From assembly GCA_039545335.1 (NCBI GenBank), contig BCIN01000011.1, positions 248,001 through 312,000 on the forward strand: 64,000 bases of DNA, in the 5' to 3' direction. The DNA is from Kondoa subrosea. Its lineage: Eukaryota. Shown here one piece after another: positions 26,267 through 39,247 of this stretch (positions within the stretch are counted from its first letter, which is position 1; each line of letters starts with the position of its first letter). A model generated the notes under the pieces. That model was not told where the DNA came from, made no database searches, and worked only from the letters and a program-made list of their open reading frames with translations. The position numbers were made by a program, and so were the translations under genes.

Positions 26267-27461
26267 TATGAATTCTATCCTTCGTAGTCAGTCTGTGTCA
26301 GGACGAGTTGATGTGATTGCTCACATAGATACAGATGTAGAGAATTATTATTGAAGAGGGACCAGCCTCGTGTAAAAACAGATTGTAAACACCAAAATTG
26401 AGAGCTCTTCTTGCACAATCCAGTTGGCAGGTCTAACTCTTTGGACAGATGACCAGATCTCAAAGATATTAGTATAACACGGCACGCCAAGGTAATATCG
26501 TTGGTAAGCAGGAGTAAAAGCGATCTGCAAACAGCAAGCAACAATCGATGAAACCAGTCGTTTTCGAAATCTATGACGCTTTTAGGTTGATCTATATGCC
26601 GTGCCGTAGCTCTTAGCATAGAAGCCTTCTTTTCAACCAAGCTATATTGGAGAACATCGTCCGCCAGAAAGCAACAGCCCGACCAGACTCTCTCGATAAT
26701 CGGATACATTGATGGATAGTCAGACGCAGACTGACGACTGCTAACATAGGATCCATCTGAGTAGTGTAGTAAGACGATAACAAAAGATGTTTTCAGAACA
26801 AGGAAGTGAATGCCAGGCTGCCTTGTCCGAATAGTCTCGCGTCCGGAGCAGTACCAATGGCAGTTCTTTAGAGTAGTATCGCAAGGAAGACGAACCGTGT
26901 GATGCAGCACGAGCAGAATCAAGGGAACTGCTGATTCATTGCGGTTGCCCAAATGGGAAGAGATCCCATTTCGCGCAATTGCACGAGTATAAACATACAC
27001 AGAAGAGACTGAGGCAGCAGATTCAGCGTAGAGTGACACTGTAGAAGCCGACTTGACCGAGTTGCTGTCTGATGTCAACAGCACAGCTCTCTCTGCCTTC
27101 AACCACCAATGCCCTGTTTTAGCAAGTAAAGCGTTTCAGCAGCCTCACGCTTCTCCAATCTCTAAGGTCGCCTATTGTACTGGCGTCCTAACCTCCACAT
27201 ATACCTAAACACAAACATCGAGTAGTCGGACATTGTCTGTCCTTGCTCTCGATTCCCTGTAAACCTCTTCGGCTGGCCCTGTACTGTTACCTGTACTTCT
27301 TCTCTTCTACCTGTGACTCTCCTATCTCTGTTGTACTGCATTACATCAGCTGTTTAAATTCAAGCGCCAACGTTTGGTCGGATCTATCACGAGAAGGCAC
27401 ATTCCTTTTAATCTATCAACAGCCAGATCAATAGCGGGGTTGTCTAATTCTTCTGCTTCCA

Positions 27462-28772
27462 ATGAAATGTAAGTCTTGCGGTTGGATCACATACGCGCTG
27501 GTACTAATATGGGAACGTGTCTCTGTCTGTAGTTCTCGACAACCTTCCCGAATTAGATTTGTTGTCTTCTGCTCTGTCCTACGCTTCGCCCTCTCTTAAA
27601 GTCACTACGCGGATTGAAGCCTACAGCTGCAAACCAGTATCGCGCGAAAAGAAGCTATACAAGGCTCTTGAGCAAGACTTGGTCTCCGACTTGGAATTTT
27701 CCGTCGCCGGTTCGCCTCCTGAAGATCACGATGCTCAAGTAGGAAGTGCATTTGGTCCACTGGACAAGCGAGAATCGAGAAAAACGCTCTACCATTTGAT
27801 CGGCACGCTCAATCAAGCTTTCCCAGATTTCGACTTCAGTGCTGTTCGGGCGGACGAATTCACTCGTGAACCTTCTGCTCGGTCAGTTCTTTCTTCGTTA
27901 TCTACAGCACTTAATCATCTTCGAGCCTCTGCTGCAACTACCTCGAACACCAATTCAGTCTATCGCTCCTTCTCATCCTTTTCTTCTTCACCTGCTGCCA
28001 ATAACAATATTACACCTCAACCAGACAATGGCTTTCCCTACGAGAATAACGCCCCAGGGTCATATGATACACCTACTCATCCCTTTTTGCGCCAAATCTT
28101 GGATCCGATTGTCGATTTAAGCGAATGCGAAGTATACTCTTACGCACCTGATATCGATTCCGATCCACATGCAGCCGAATCAGAAATGGGATCAGTCGCT
28201 CCAAGTGAAGTAGGGGATGATACAAGTAGTTCTAGAAGAACGGAAAGTGAAGATGGACATTGGCCAATGGAGGGTTTCGAAAGCGTCCCGCCTAGTCCTA
28301 CTACTATGAGGAAGTTGAGAAGTGGTAAATCATACCCTTCTAGTCCTGGTCAATCTTTCACTAGAAGGAATGTTGAAGGAATGGGTGCCGGTAGAATGGC
28401 TTTGAGGGATAGGAGCAGATCGAACACGCCTAGTATCTTTGAGCAAGATGCTGCTAGCTCAGGCTTACTTTGGTCGTGCGTCTTCTTTCTTGTCTGTCTT
28501 CAAGAGTTAGAGCTCACTTTGAAATTTACAGATGCAATTACTTCTTTTACAACAAGGTCAAGAAGCGCATCCTCTTCATCTCTCATACTATGAAACGAGT
28601 CGTGCCTCAACAAGTCCCAGATCGAACACTACCTCTTTCAGCTTACGCTCATGCTCGATTAAGCGATGGCAACCTCTACAATTCGCCCTTCACTCGTACT
28701 AGGTCCCGATCTTCTGGTGTACCGCTATATGGGATGGAGGAAGATGGCAAGACGGTCAAAAGGGTCAAGTGA
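27462..28772 (+). CDS. MAF1: RNA polymerase III repressor Maf1
   Basis: MKFL (7-nt first exon), RIEAYSCK, LIGTLNQAFPDFDFS, CEVYSYAPDIDSDP, LWS..YFFYNKVKKRILF. Confidence 0.93.
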
Positions 28773-28992
28773 ACCATTAAGAAGGTGCAACTTTGAATTA
28801 CTGGACTGGAGCATTGATTGATTTTTGTTTTCCTTTTGCTCGTGCGCTGTGTATATAGTCTTTTCTCACATGCATTCTGACATTGTTGTTGTAAGCTGAC
28901 TCGTCGTTCTCGCCGTTCGGCCGAATATGTCACGTAACCATTTCTCGTGAGCGAAATCCCTTGCGCTTGATACTCAACAGCGACTTGCAAGA

Positions 28993-29535
28993 ATGGAAGC
29001 AGCACCAGTACTACAAGTCATTGGAACAGGCCTGACAGCCATCAATACAGGCAACATGCTCGCCTGCTCTTTCATGATTCTGCCTGTCTTGCAAAAGCAG
29101 ACCGATCCTCCTTTGCTTCCTTATCAACGCTATCAATTATGGCGTACCTTCTATCAGAGGGGAGCAAAAGCCGTGCCGACTGGGATTTTCTCCAGCGCCG
29201 CAACTCTTGGAGCAGCAGCATACCTCTTACCTGACGCTCATCCGCATAAGATATTTCTATGGACTTCGGTCGTTTCCTCTTTGGCTGTGGCAGCCTTTAC
29301 AGCACTGTATATGAAGGATCCTAATCTGGAGCTTAGAGATCGGTTGAAAGAGAAAGGTGAGTTTCGCTATTCAGAATTGTATTCCAAGTAAGTGATTGAG
29401 GGAAATGAATGCGCTTGCACAGATATTACCGAAAACAAAGTTCAAGAACTCGTCTATATCTTTAAACGCAATCATTGGTTCAGAAACGTTTGTGGACTGG
29501 TAGCGACTGCCGCTGCCCTGCGTACTTTCTTATGA
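28993..29535 (+). CDS. DUF1772 / anthrone oxygenase-like small membrane protein
   Basis: Hydrophobic helices; W..Y..G motif (LWRTFYQRG), FT..MKDPN..L, and terminal RNHWFRNV; one intron. Confidence 0.72.
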
Positions 29536-30808
29536 TCCAAGAGTGGAGAAAATGAAAGATGATCCAGTGTGAGAGAGAAGAGGAGACAGCACATAGCGAT
29601 CGCGTGAATGATTCAGCTGTACGATCCTATGTGATATGGCGCACGGAGTTCCGTTGTTTGGCCGCTGTATATAACAAATTGTTCTCATATGCAGTTCTTG
29701 TTATTCATGTAGCCTCTAATCAATCCAGTTGCTTTGAAGTCGGCCAATTCTCATAAATTTCGACCTATTGTCTAATAACGATGAAAATCTTGCAATTGAG
29801 TTGCACAGCTTTCTCCTTTTCCACCAGAACTTAATCGCTAGAGACTGTGCAACACGATACCCCTGCTTTGGAGAACTTACCACTGGCAATCGGCGCTTCT
29901 GCAGGAAAAAATGATTCGGAACTGCCTGCTCGTGTTCTTCAACTCTGCATTCGGTCTGGGTAGAGTGCCACAGACAGTGTACCTTTAGTATACTATTCTC
30001 GCATGGCATCAAAGGAAGTCCTATCGAAATGATCGAATCAAATGCGACAGGCTTTATCGTCATCTTGCTCAATTGCTGAGCCATGTACTCGACTCGATTA
30101 ATGCGAATCAGATCCGTTGAAATTGTTACAGCAAAATCGTTACTCTATCCTATACTATGCGAAGCTTGACGCCGGATCCAATTTGTCTTATTGCCGCATG
30201 AAGCGAGCCTTTGGAAGCCAGTGCTCTATACGTGTCCATGTAAGGCATTACAGTTACGACCATATATGAAAGAATTTCTAGCAATGGAACCCAGTATAGA
30301 TGCTGGCTCGGCTTTTCGCTGTCATGGAGTTCTGCAGGAGAATTATGAGCCCTATATCGAAGAGAAGAGTTACGAAGCTTGCAGTCTTGCTAGACGAGTA
30401 GAGTATTGCCTCAGAAGATTGCTTCGTAATGTTCATCGAGATGATTGATTCAGCTGGACATCAGCTTATCGCGGCTGCCTCTGTCCATGGTCTCCTGTAC
30501 TGCTTCTTGTCTTCTCCGGGCTAGCTGCATAGCGCTCGAATCCATCGGGAATGATGAATAAAGGCTGTCAACTTTCGGGACGTGCGAAGTGTTGCACTGG
30601 CAACTCTACCGAGGCTGCATAGGGATACCACGCTAGAATCCTTTGCTCATCTTTGGTAGGTGCCTCTGCCGAACTCCACTGGTCATCGCCATCCGGCGAG
30701 CTTCTGCAGCCATAAAAGATGAATGAAAGCTTGTCTTCCTCTTTTCTTCCATCAACCTCTTTCAAAGCTCTCTTCTACTCAATTCTTCATATCCTCTGAT
30801 CTTGGAAC

Positions 30809-31532
30809 ATGTCTAACCCTGCTCTTCCGTCCTACGACAGGCATTTACACTCCAATGTCATTTAACTCATGCCGAAGCTCAGCATATAAGCGGTCCTATC
30901 AACGCCTGCGCCGGTATCTTTGGAGGTCATCGTACTGATAGCAACTCTAACTGGAAAGATGTCCACCTTACTGAAAACGAATTGAACCGCCTCGGAATGG
31001 GTTATCTGAACATTGGAATCTGCTCGAGCGTTGATTTGAGAACTCTCGCAATGCCGACTACCGAGTATCATATTACAGCAGAAATCTATGGCTCCACTAC
31101 AGCCTACACGACATCGCATCGGTCGATCCGAATGTCGGAAGACAGCCACGGACATTACTTTCTTCTCGGATCTACAGTTAATGGAGAGCTTGACGTGGAT
31201 AGTAAGCCCTCTTGTCGGTCTGGTCTTCACCCGCTGATCTGCTCGAGTCAGTCTTTAACATTCTGCAGACGCCTCTAGTACGAGCCGGACAGGCAGCAGT
31301 CTACTTGGATATCAAAGTCTTCGCTCATGGCGCTCTTCCGAACTATCAAGTGTTACCGGCTCATGATTCTAACGCGAAGCCCAACATCCAGCGCCGCTTC
31401 AAGATCACTCGTCAGTTTTGCATTCGTGCATGCTTCCCAAAGCTGATTTGCCTTATAGATGCTAATACAGACGGCAAAACGGGCGCTGGCCAGCACACCT
31501 ATCATCCTTCTGCCATCACAGCTGGAGCCTGA
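30809..31532 (+). CDS. Hypothetical small protein (multi-exon, splice model uncertain)
   Basis: Pyrimidine-rich leader, ATG and several GT..CTRAY..AG introns link ORF pieces 30982.. and 31212.. Confidence 0.4.
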
Positions 31533-31797
31533 ATTGGGGATAGCTAGAATCAATATAGCTACGGACTCTTTCTTCCCTTTGTACTTTCCGTATAGACCTT
31601 CGTTTGCAGTATTTCACCATCTCTTAAATTTCAGTCCCAAAGCTACTGAGTCGGAGCACTCAAAATCTTTCGCGAGCCAGCGAGCTAGCTTTCTTTGTAT
31701 CTCCAGTATTGTATTAGTAATCAATCAATTTAGAATGACTTTGTCCTTCTACTCTTTGACCAGCAGTAATTCACACTTGGTCAATATTGACAGCATC

Positions 31798-32782
31798 ATG
31801 CCCTCCCCTGAAGAGCGAGAATACTTCCCCACTAATTCATACGAAGCGAAACGACAGGCTCATCAGCAGTTTGTTTTTCCATTCTCGCTACTTAAGCGGT
31901 TCTCAGCTCGTAAGACAGGCATTATCCTTCTCATCGACCTCAACAGCGGCGGAAGACTGATCTGGATGTACTGAAAGAACGACATAAGTACGTCTTCCCC
32001 TAGTCTGTAGTCAAACTTGGGCTGAAGGTCTATATTAGATTCATAAGGGATGACGCTGAACGAGCCTTGACTTGGGAAGATGAGATAGCGTATGCCTATT
32101 AGCATCCCAGCGACTAGAGCTGAAATCTCAGAACAGTGAGAAATGGTATTCCAAGCTGTTTCGCGAATTTGGTATGTGCAACTCTATCGTTACAGCGATC
32201 TCTCTCAAGTAATAGTACAGCGCTTGTCGACCTGAAGCACTATAAATCAGGCGCAGTAGCTTTAAGATGGCGAATCGAGTCTGTCAGTACCAAAACTTAT
32301 GCTCAAATAGTGTCTTTTCTGATGCTCCTTCCTCTGCAGGAAGTCCTTGATTACCGCGGCGAACGAACTTGCGGAAACTTGCGTTGCGAATACTTTGATC
32401 CGCTTGAAGAAGATGCCGAAGATCTGGTTCGTTGGAGAAGGAAACAAGATCGAAAGAAGGAAAGACCGCGAAGGGAAAAGGAGAAGCTGGATCATCGAGC
32501 TGAGTTCGTGAGGCTTGAAGAAGAGGAACAGGATGCCGAGGATGAAGGACCGCTCGTTCCGCAAGAACTTACACCATATCAATGTAGGCTTGGTCTTGCT
32601 CAACAGCTGTACCATTTTCAATCATCATCTGTGTAGTGAACTTCTCCTACGAAGAAGAAGGTCTAGCTAAATCAGCGTTAGTCAAAGTCGTGTTATGCAA
32701 AAGATGTGCAAAGAAGCTGTCGAAAGGGAGAGAAGCAGCTAGACAGCAACGAGATAATGCGGCAGCTTCAAATGTACCATGA
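31798..32782 (+). CDS. FRA10AC1: FRA10AC1 homolog (spliceosome-associated)
   Basis: TDLDVLKERHKFIRD, WYSKLFREFALVDLKHYKSGAVALRWR, GERTCGNLRC, NFSYEEEG..KSALVKVVLCKRCAKKL. Confidence 0.9.
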
Positions 32783-32792
32783 CATTGTTTAT

Positions 32793-33867
32793 TTATGCAG
32801 TACGAGAACCCGCTTGCACTTTTGTCTCTTTTCTTCTACACATGATGTGGAAATGAGCTAGATCCTGAATACGTGCTATAAGTATTTGGGATCGCGGCAA
32901 CGATCTATGCATGCCTTGATTGACTGTTTCGCAAGTGGATTGACCCAGCTGTGAAACACGTTAGCTCTGTACACCAAATCGAAAGATTATCTCACAAGAC
33001 TGTTTCTACTTCGGTTTCAGGGAAATTGTTCAATACGAATTGTCGAATCTCGTACTTAAACAACATGGTCAGCTGCAATCTTCCCCTTAGCTGTCGAAAC
33101 TCACACCTGGTTCGCCTTTATCAGTTCCCATCCCAACAAACTTCCCTTCCGAAGTTTTTGCAGCATCAGTTCCAGTCAGCCCACAGATTCCATTAGCTTG
33201 TAGTTGATGCCATTCTTGATCAGATGTCACCATAGAAGGATGTAAAAGCCACGATCTAGTCCAAATGACATAATGTCTATTTCAAAAAGAAAAATCAGCT
33301 TCCTATATTCTACGTCAAATAGGTAGCTCTGTTGGTCTCACATTACATCTCTCGGACCAGAGTAAGGCCAATCAGCTTCCATTACTCTATAGAAGGAAGA
33401 GTCCAAATCATGTTTGAATGGTCCGATTTGATCTTCTTTCAAATAAGGAAGATCGATTCGCCATTCGACAAATTGAGCTCTTCCTCCAAATCTTTAAACA
33501 CAAACAATCATGTCAACTTGTAATACGTATCAAAGAGGGATGGAGAAAGACATACTTTGATTCTGGTTCTGGTTTGGAAGGGAAGTCACCTCGATAGACA
33601 GTCTTTTTCAAGTCTGACGTTCTTCCGGTGCCTAAGATCGGATCAGTACAGATCGAGTCGAAAAAAGGAGCGAAAGACCTTACCGACCAATGCTTGAAGT
33701 TCTGGCCAAGTATGAAGAGGTATAGCCGAGGCTCGAAGTTCTTTACCTTGATGAAAAAGTTCCTCCACTGCTGGATCAGATTGGAGAGGAGATAGCCCGC
33801 ATCGTGGGATCTTAGGCGATACAGAAGAAGAAGTTGAATACAAAGATGGAGACGACGAGAGAGACAT
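32793..33867 (-). CDS. DUF3605 (GIG1-like) family protein
   Basis: Spliced: HTWPELQALV..DWPYS..HYVIWTR..FWVNPLAKQSIKDLAHFHIMCR, matching the WxEL, DWPY, HxVxW, NP..QS, HxH pattern. Confidence 0.78.
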
Positions 33868-34268
33868 ATAGAAAGAAGCAAACCAGTTGCGAGAGTAAGA
33901 ATCAAACGAGCGGAAGTATAGGGTAGGAGCCTGTCCAAGCAGTGCCCAAAACCAGTTTGGGGTATGCTATTGGTTACTGGTTAACAGTCAAATCCCGTAT
34001 CGAGCAATGCTGAAGCGGTGCTGATTGATTTTGGGCGGTGAACTTCAAGAGATGATGTATTATGCTTGGTATCTACTTGTGCTTTGAATCTCATCAGTCG
34101 ATAGCCCCTGCCGGAAGCGCATGACCTACTTGATTTCGGCGTCCGAGAAACTTGTTGACCGCAAAATTACATCGCCTCTGGCTCGACTTGATCGTCCCAA
34201 ACCTAGTAATCATACTATAAGATAAGAGTCGTAACCAGCTTGAGAGAGATCAACCTGGTTACTCGAGC

Positions 34269-34866
34269 CTATGCTTGATCAGCGAACAGATTATAATCTT
34301 CTATCCGCAAAGACATAGCTGCTTGTTGGAAGATAGCTTGATAGCGCGATAGATCTGGAGTCTTGCCATCATCTCCGGGTGGTACATTGATCTTTCGCTC
34401 CTCTGAGTTAACTCTCCCACTATCGACAAGATTACAAGCTTACAGTGAATACAATTTCTGCATTCTTGCTTGGGATTCTCCATAAAGCCATAAAGATATC
34501 GACCAACTCAGCTTCAGCATTCGTTTTCCTAAACTTTGCTACCGCTTGCTGTCCAACAAGTACCACAGGTCCATGACAAAGATCCACCACTTTGCTCATA
34601 TTCGTTTCTATTGACCGTATCCCGCTCTCCGCTGCCCTGTTCTCTTCCGCTAAAGACTCATAATGATATTCTATAGCTCCTCGAGGATTACTGAGCGCTA
34701 CAGGTGTAGATTGAGTGATGTCGATAATGTATGAAATGTTGGAATTGGCTTCAACGTAGACTTCTTGGGTATCTGGGACTTCTCGTAGTTCGGCCACGTC
34801 TACGAGATCAGTAGGCAGCTCCAGAGTGATGGCGCCGCCAAATAAAGGATACGTTTTCGAAGTCAT
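34269..34866 (-). CDS. MOG1: Ran guanine nucleotide release factor Mog1
   Basis: YPLFGGAI..DVAELREVPDTQEVY..GQQAVAKF..SLRIEDYNLF; one intron. Confidence 0.9.
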
Positions 34867-35209
34867 CCGAGTGCTTGTCCGCAAACAAGCAACTTTCGAA
34901 TTCAAGCTTCAGTTATTGATAATGGCTCGGGCCAGCGTCTTATGCCTTCAAGTTACAGTCCTTTAGAGTCATTTCGGCTCTGTCAGTACATGCTTCGACA
35001 CCCTCGCTATCTTCCAGGCTGTGTCTAGGTCTGAGCCTTTCGATGTCTTCGGATATGCTCTGCACTCACTGCTTGCCTTTCCTATTGATACTCTCTGCGG
35101 AATGTGCTGTTGTGGAGAGCTCCTCGACGTGACATAAACACGAGTCCTGGCAAATGACGCGAAGTCGATCGTCTTCTCGTTCTCCCACACCGACCAGATT
35201 AGATCAAGC

Positions 35210-36114
35210 ATGTCTCGTACTGTTATACTCGTTAGTGGATCAAATCGAGGTCTCGGCTTAGGAATCGTCAGGTCATTAGCCAAATCATCGAAAGAGCTGG
35301 TCATATATGCAGCATCAAGGAAAGGAGGAGATGTGAATGCTCAAGGAAGCGATAATGTTCAGATCAAAGGAATACAGCTCGATATCTCTGATAAAGCATC
35401 TATCGATTCATGTCTTCAAACCATTGGTCAACTCGACTGCTTGATTAACAATGCCTCTATTCAAAGTATGGGTCAACCACGCTCTTTTGATCTCTTCAAG
35501 AATGTACAAGATGTGAATTATAGAAGTACTCTGGCTGTCAGTACACTTTTGAAAGCTATAAGCCTTGCTCTGGTTGATTAGTCAGCAACAGCTCACTTTG
35601 GCTGCTATACCACGAATCAATAAAGGCGGTCGAATCGTCACAGTCTCATCAGGTGCTTGCATGCTTAACAACTACACCGAAGCCGTTCAGCAGAGATGGA
35701 AGTCCGCAGCGACCTTGGAAGATATTGAAGCGATCGTACAAGACTATGAAGCTAGCGTGAGAAGAGACAGTGAAGAGGATGACAAATGGCCTCCTCCTTA
35801 TTGTGTTAGCAAGACTGCGGAAAACGCTTTTACCTACATCCTGGCTAAACAGCACCCTGACTTGTTGATCAATGTAAATTCTTCTTGCCCTTTATAGCCA
35901 TATACTAACTGATTGTCGGATACAGTGCTGCAATCCTGGTTGGGTTAAATCCGATATGGGAAGGTTAATGCCCGGCGAACCCGCGAAAACGCTCGAAGAA
36001 GGCGCAAGAGTACCAGTCAGGTTAGCTATTGACCATATAGGCGGAGTAACAGGGGAATACTGGTCCGGCAAGGAAATGGACGATATGTCAGCGGGAGAGA
36101 TCAGTAGCTGGTGA
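35210..36114 (+). CDS. Short-chain dehydrogenase/carbonyl reductase
   Basis: SGSNRGLGLGI, LINNA, catalytic YCVSK, CCNPGWVKSDMG; two introns. Confidence 0.9.
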
Positions 36115-36841
36115 ACAGTAGAGACGAGCTTGCAGTTTGAGCGAACTGAAGTAAGTTATGAATCTGACTTCGCTCTTGCGTCAAGTAATGTAAACAGCGT
36201 TGCGTCTTGCCAGACGCAGGACGAGAAGGGAGTTTTGAGCAGCCATGGGAAATGAGATTACGACGCTACAAATAATATCATGACATTGCATGCAAACTTT
36301 AGCAAATCTTGTGTACAGGATCAATTCTTCACGAGCCAACTTCGCTTGTTAAGATGGCAGAACGCTTCATGTGCAGCTCTTGATTTGCCTTGTGGTACAG
36401 CTTGTGGTCCTCATTGCTGAAGTTCTGGTTGCCCGTAGGAATTGGTTGGCGTATTTGTCTTCGGCATAAAAGGCGATCTGACAGGGGTTTTCTACTTTTG
36501 CCTACATACATTTCATGCTATCAATGTAACGTGAGCATCGGACTTTGGTTTCAGGCAGACTGACTCACTGAGTGTCCAACTTCGAAAATTTCCTTTCGTA
36601 GAGTATTGTAGTGCACGAGTTTCCGTCCTTCCGGTCGACATCCTTAGAGTACGATGAAGAGATGAAATCAGAGAGCTGGAATTGCTTGTCTGAGGAAAGT
36701 GGGCTGTATTCGCGATCGAGGATCATGACAAGCCAATTTAACCTAAGTGCGAATTCCAAAACTAAGACAATGCACTTTAGGAGGTTGTTTGATGATCGAC
36801 TTACAATCTGGTATAGTGAAAGAGAAAAGAAAGGCCCATGG

Positions 36842-37351
36842 CTAGACAGCTTCTCTGAGCAAATCTGCATCCTTGTATTCGTTTTCGTCCATTGATGCGC
36901 CAATCCATCGATGAGCTTTATCTCTCACAAAATCTTCGTAGAGCCATAACTCCTTCTCAAGCCTATCTAGACCAGCTATCCATCTGTAAAGGTAGACATG
37001 TTTGATTCCACCTCCAGTTTGTACTTGTACTGCTGTTCTTTCATATTCATCCCCTTCGAAAGCATCCAGCAATCTTATATCCCTTCTTCTCAGACCATGG
37101 ACGAGCATGCCTTTGACTGCCTGTTCTTCTGTTGTAGATGGATTGAGAGATTGACTTTCACTCGAAGTGATGACTGCGGGATAGTCTACGCCTTTGACGT
37201 GATGTCTTGCATGAGAAGGAAGAGTAGCAGGAATGATGATCAAATCCGGGATGGGACGAGAGAGCACTCTTGAAAGAATCGCACTCGACATCAATGTGCC
37301 ATAGCAAAACAGTGAATCTAGCTCTGGAATATCATGTCCGACTTTGGCCAT
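36842..37351 (-). CDS. Gamma-glutamylcyclotransferase / AIG2-like protein (single exon)
   Basis: LFCYGTLM, HVKGVDYPA, LLDAFEGDEYER motifs; probable start MAKVG at 37351 (frame open to ATG at 37459). Confidence 0.87.
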   Translation of the reverse strand: MAKVGHDIPELDSLFCYGTLMSSAILSRVLSRPIPDLIIIPATLPSHARHHVKGVDYPAVITSSESQSLNPSTTEEQAVKGMLVHGLRRRDIRLLDAFEGDEYERTAVQVQTGGGIKHVYLYRWIAGLDRLEKELWLYEDFVRDKAHRWIGASMDENEYKDADLLREAV

Positions 37352-37457
37352 TAGTCTTCTAGGTCTAGAGATGTGATAGTCCTGAGTATTGGAAGCCAAG
37401 TCAGAAGCTCGTTTGAGAAGAAGAAACGAAAGTTGTTCATTTGCAAACATCGACGAC

Positions 37458-39247
37458 ATGCGAGTGGCAGTAGTTGGTTCTGGAGTCTCTGGTCTGGCAG
37501 CAACTTATGTGAGATCGAATATTGGCAGTGACACAGATCGCTGACTCTGTCTATTGCAGTTACTGAACGAATGCTCGTCGCATGAAGTGCACCTCTTTGA
37601 TCATGCAGACTATGTCGGCGGTCATACGCATACTGTCGCCTTCATGCCTGAAGGATCTGACCATGAGATCAATGTCGATACGTGAGTCGCTCCAGGAAGC
37701 CAAGTTTCGATTAGCTAATCTGCTGTCCAAAGTGGATTCATCGTATTCAACCCTGTGACCTACCCAAACTTCTTGCGCTTCCTCAAGGATGTCAAGAAGA
37801 TCCCAATTATCGAATCAAACATGTCCTTCTCTGTCACTAGAGATCGAGGTCTCTTCGAGTGGGCAGGAACGTCACCTTCGGCTCTCTTTGCTCAGACAAT
37901 CAATCTTTTCTCTCCCTCACATTGGAGAATGATCTGGGACATTATTCGTTTCAATACCTTTGCGCCTCGGTATCTTTCTTCACATCCAGACTCGAAACTG
38001 AGTATAGGTCAATACCTCGATCAGAATGATTATGGCATGGCTTTCCGCGATAATTATCTTTTGGTAGGTCATTCATCTCTCACTCGGCATCAACTTGTCA
38101 CTGATCTTACTTGAAGCCAATGACTGCTGCTGTTTGGTCAACACCGCCTGATGCAGCAGCTCTCGATTTTCCGGCTCTCACCCTCATTAGATTTCTGCAC
38201 AATCATCACCTCTTACAGATCCTAGGTCAACCTCAATGGCTAACGATCAAGAACGGCAGCATAACATACGTCAATTCCATAATCGATAAACTTCCTTCTT
38301 CTCAATTTCATCTCAAAACACCTATTACATCTATATCCAAATCTCATTCAAACAAATACCTCTTGCATTCCAATACATCTTTAGAAAGACAAGAATTCGA
38401 TCATGTCATTTTCGCTTGTCATGCTGATACCACTCTATCCATTTTGGGCGATTTCGCATCGGGGGAAGAGAAGAGGATATTAAGTCAATTTCAATTCGGG
38501 AAGAATGTTGCTACTTTACATTCAGATTCAGCTGTGAGTTTGAATTTGCTCTGGTCATGCTTTGAAGAAGAAATGGTCTGACGTTTTACTTAAGTTGATG
38601 CCACAGCGAAGAGTCGCTTATGCTGCTTGGAACTATCTTACAGCTACTGATCCATCCGGTCGAGCGAATGTAAACAACGTAGCCTTGTTCGTTCTTCCCC
38701 TTATCTTCTATTATTGTCGAGATTAAAGTTACATATAAAGGACATACTGGATGAATCTGCTTCAATCTATTCCCGAGGAAAATTATGGACCCGTATTGGT
38801 CACTTTGAATCCACCTTATCCACCAGCGAAAGAGAAGACTTTCGGATCATGGGAATATGAACATCCTCTTATGACTTCTCGATCTATTGCAGCTCAAAGT
38901 GAACTGCCGCTTATACAAAACAAGAGGGGTTTATCATTTGCTGGTGCTTGTGAGTTTTAACCGAGACAACGGAACTATGCTGAGAGATGTGTACAGGGAC
39001 TAAATATGGATTTCACGAAGATGGTTTCACTTCAGGATTAAGAGCTGCAGTGGCTATAGAAGGAGTTACATGTCCTTTTGATATCGTACCAGCAGAAAGA
39101 GAAGAAATGTCTGCTTCTTCCGTCTTGGGCTCACTGATCGGTTTCATCGAATGGGTTAGAGGAATACTTTGTTTGCTTGGGATTGGGTTGCTTTGGTCTA
39201 GATTGTATAGTATGATAGAGAAGAGGCCGAGAAAGAAGATAGAATAG
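37458..39247 (+). CDS. FAD/NAD-binding oxidoreductase of the COG2907 (flavin amine-oxidase-like) family with C-terminal TM
   Basis: MRVAVVGSGVSGL, GGHTHTV, VDTGFIVFNPVTYPNF, PMTAAVWSTP, NHHLLQI, TYWMNLLQ, YEHP, YGFHEDGFTSGL. Confidence 0.88.

Noticed and set aside
29700..30770. Short ORFs and splice-like signals between the DUF1772 gene and the next gene
   Set aside because: No consistent spliced frame or recognisable protein could be built; may be non-coding
28993..39247. DUF1772, SDR, GGCT and flavoprotein genes as a secondary-metabolite cluster
   Set aside because: No PKS, NRPS or terpene synthase, transporter or cluster regulator; interleaved with housekeeping genes (FRA10AC1, MOG1)
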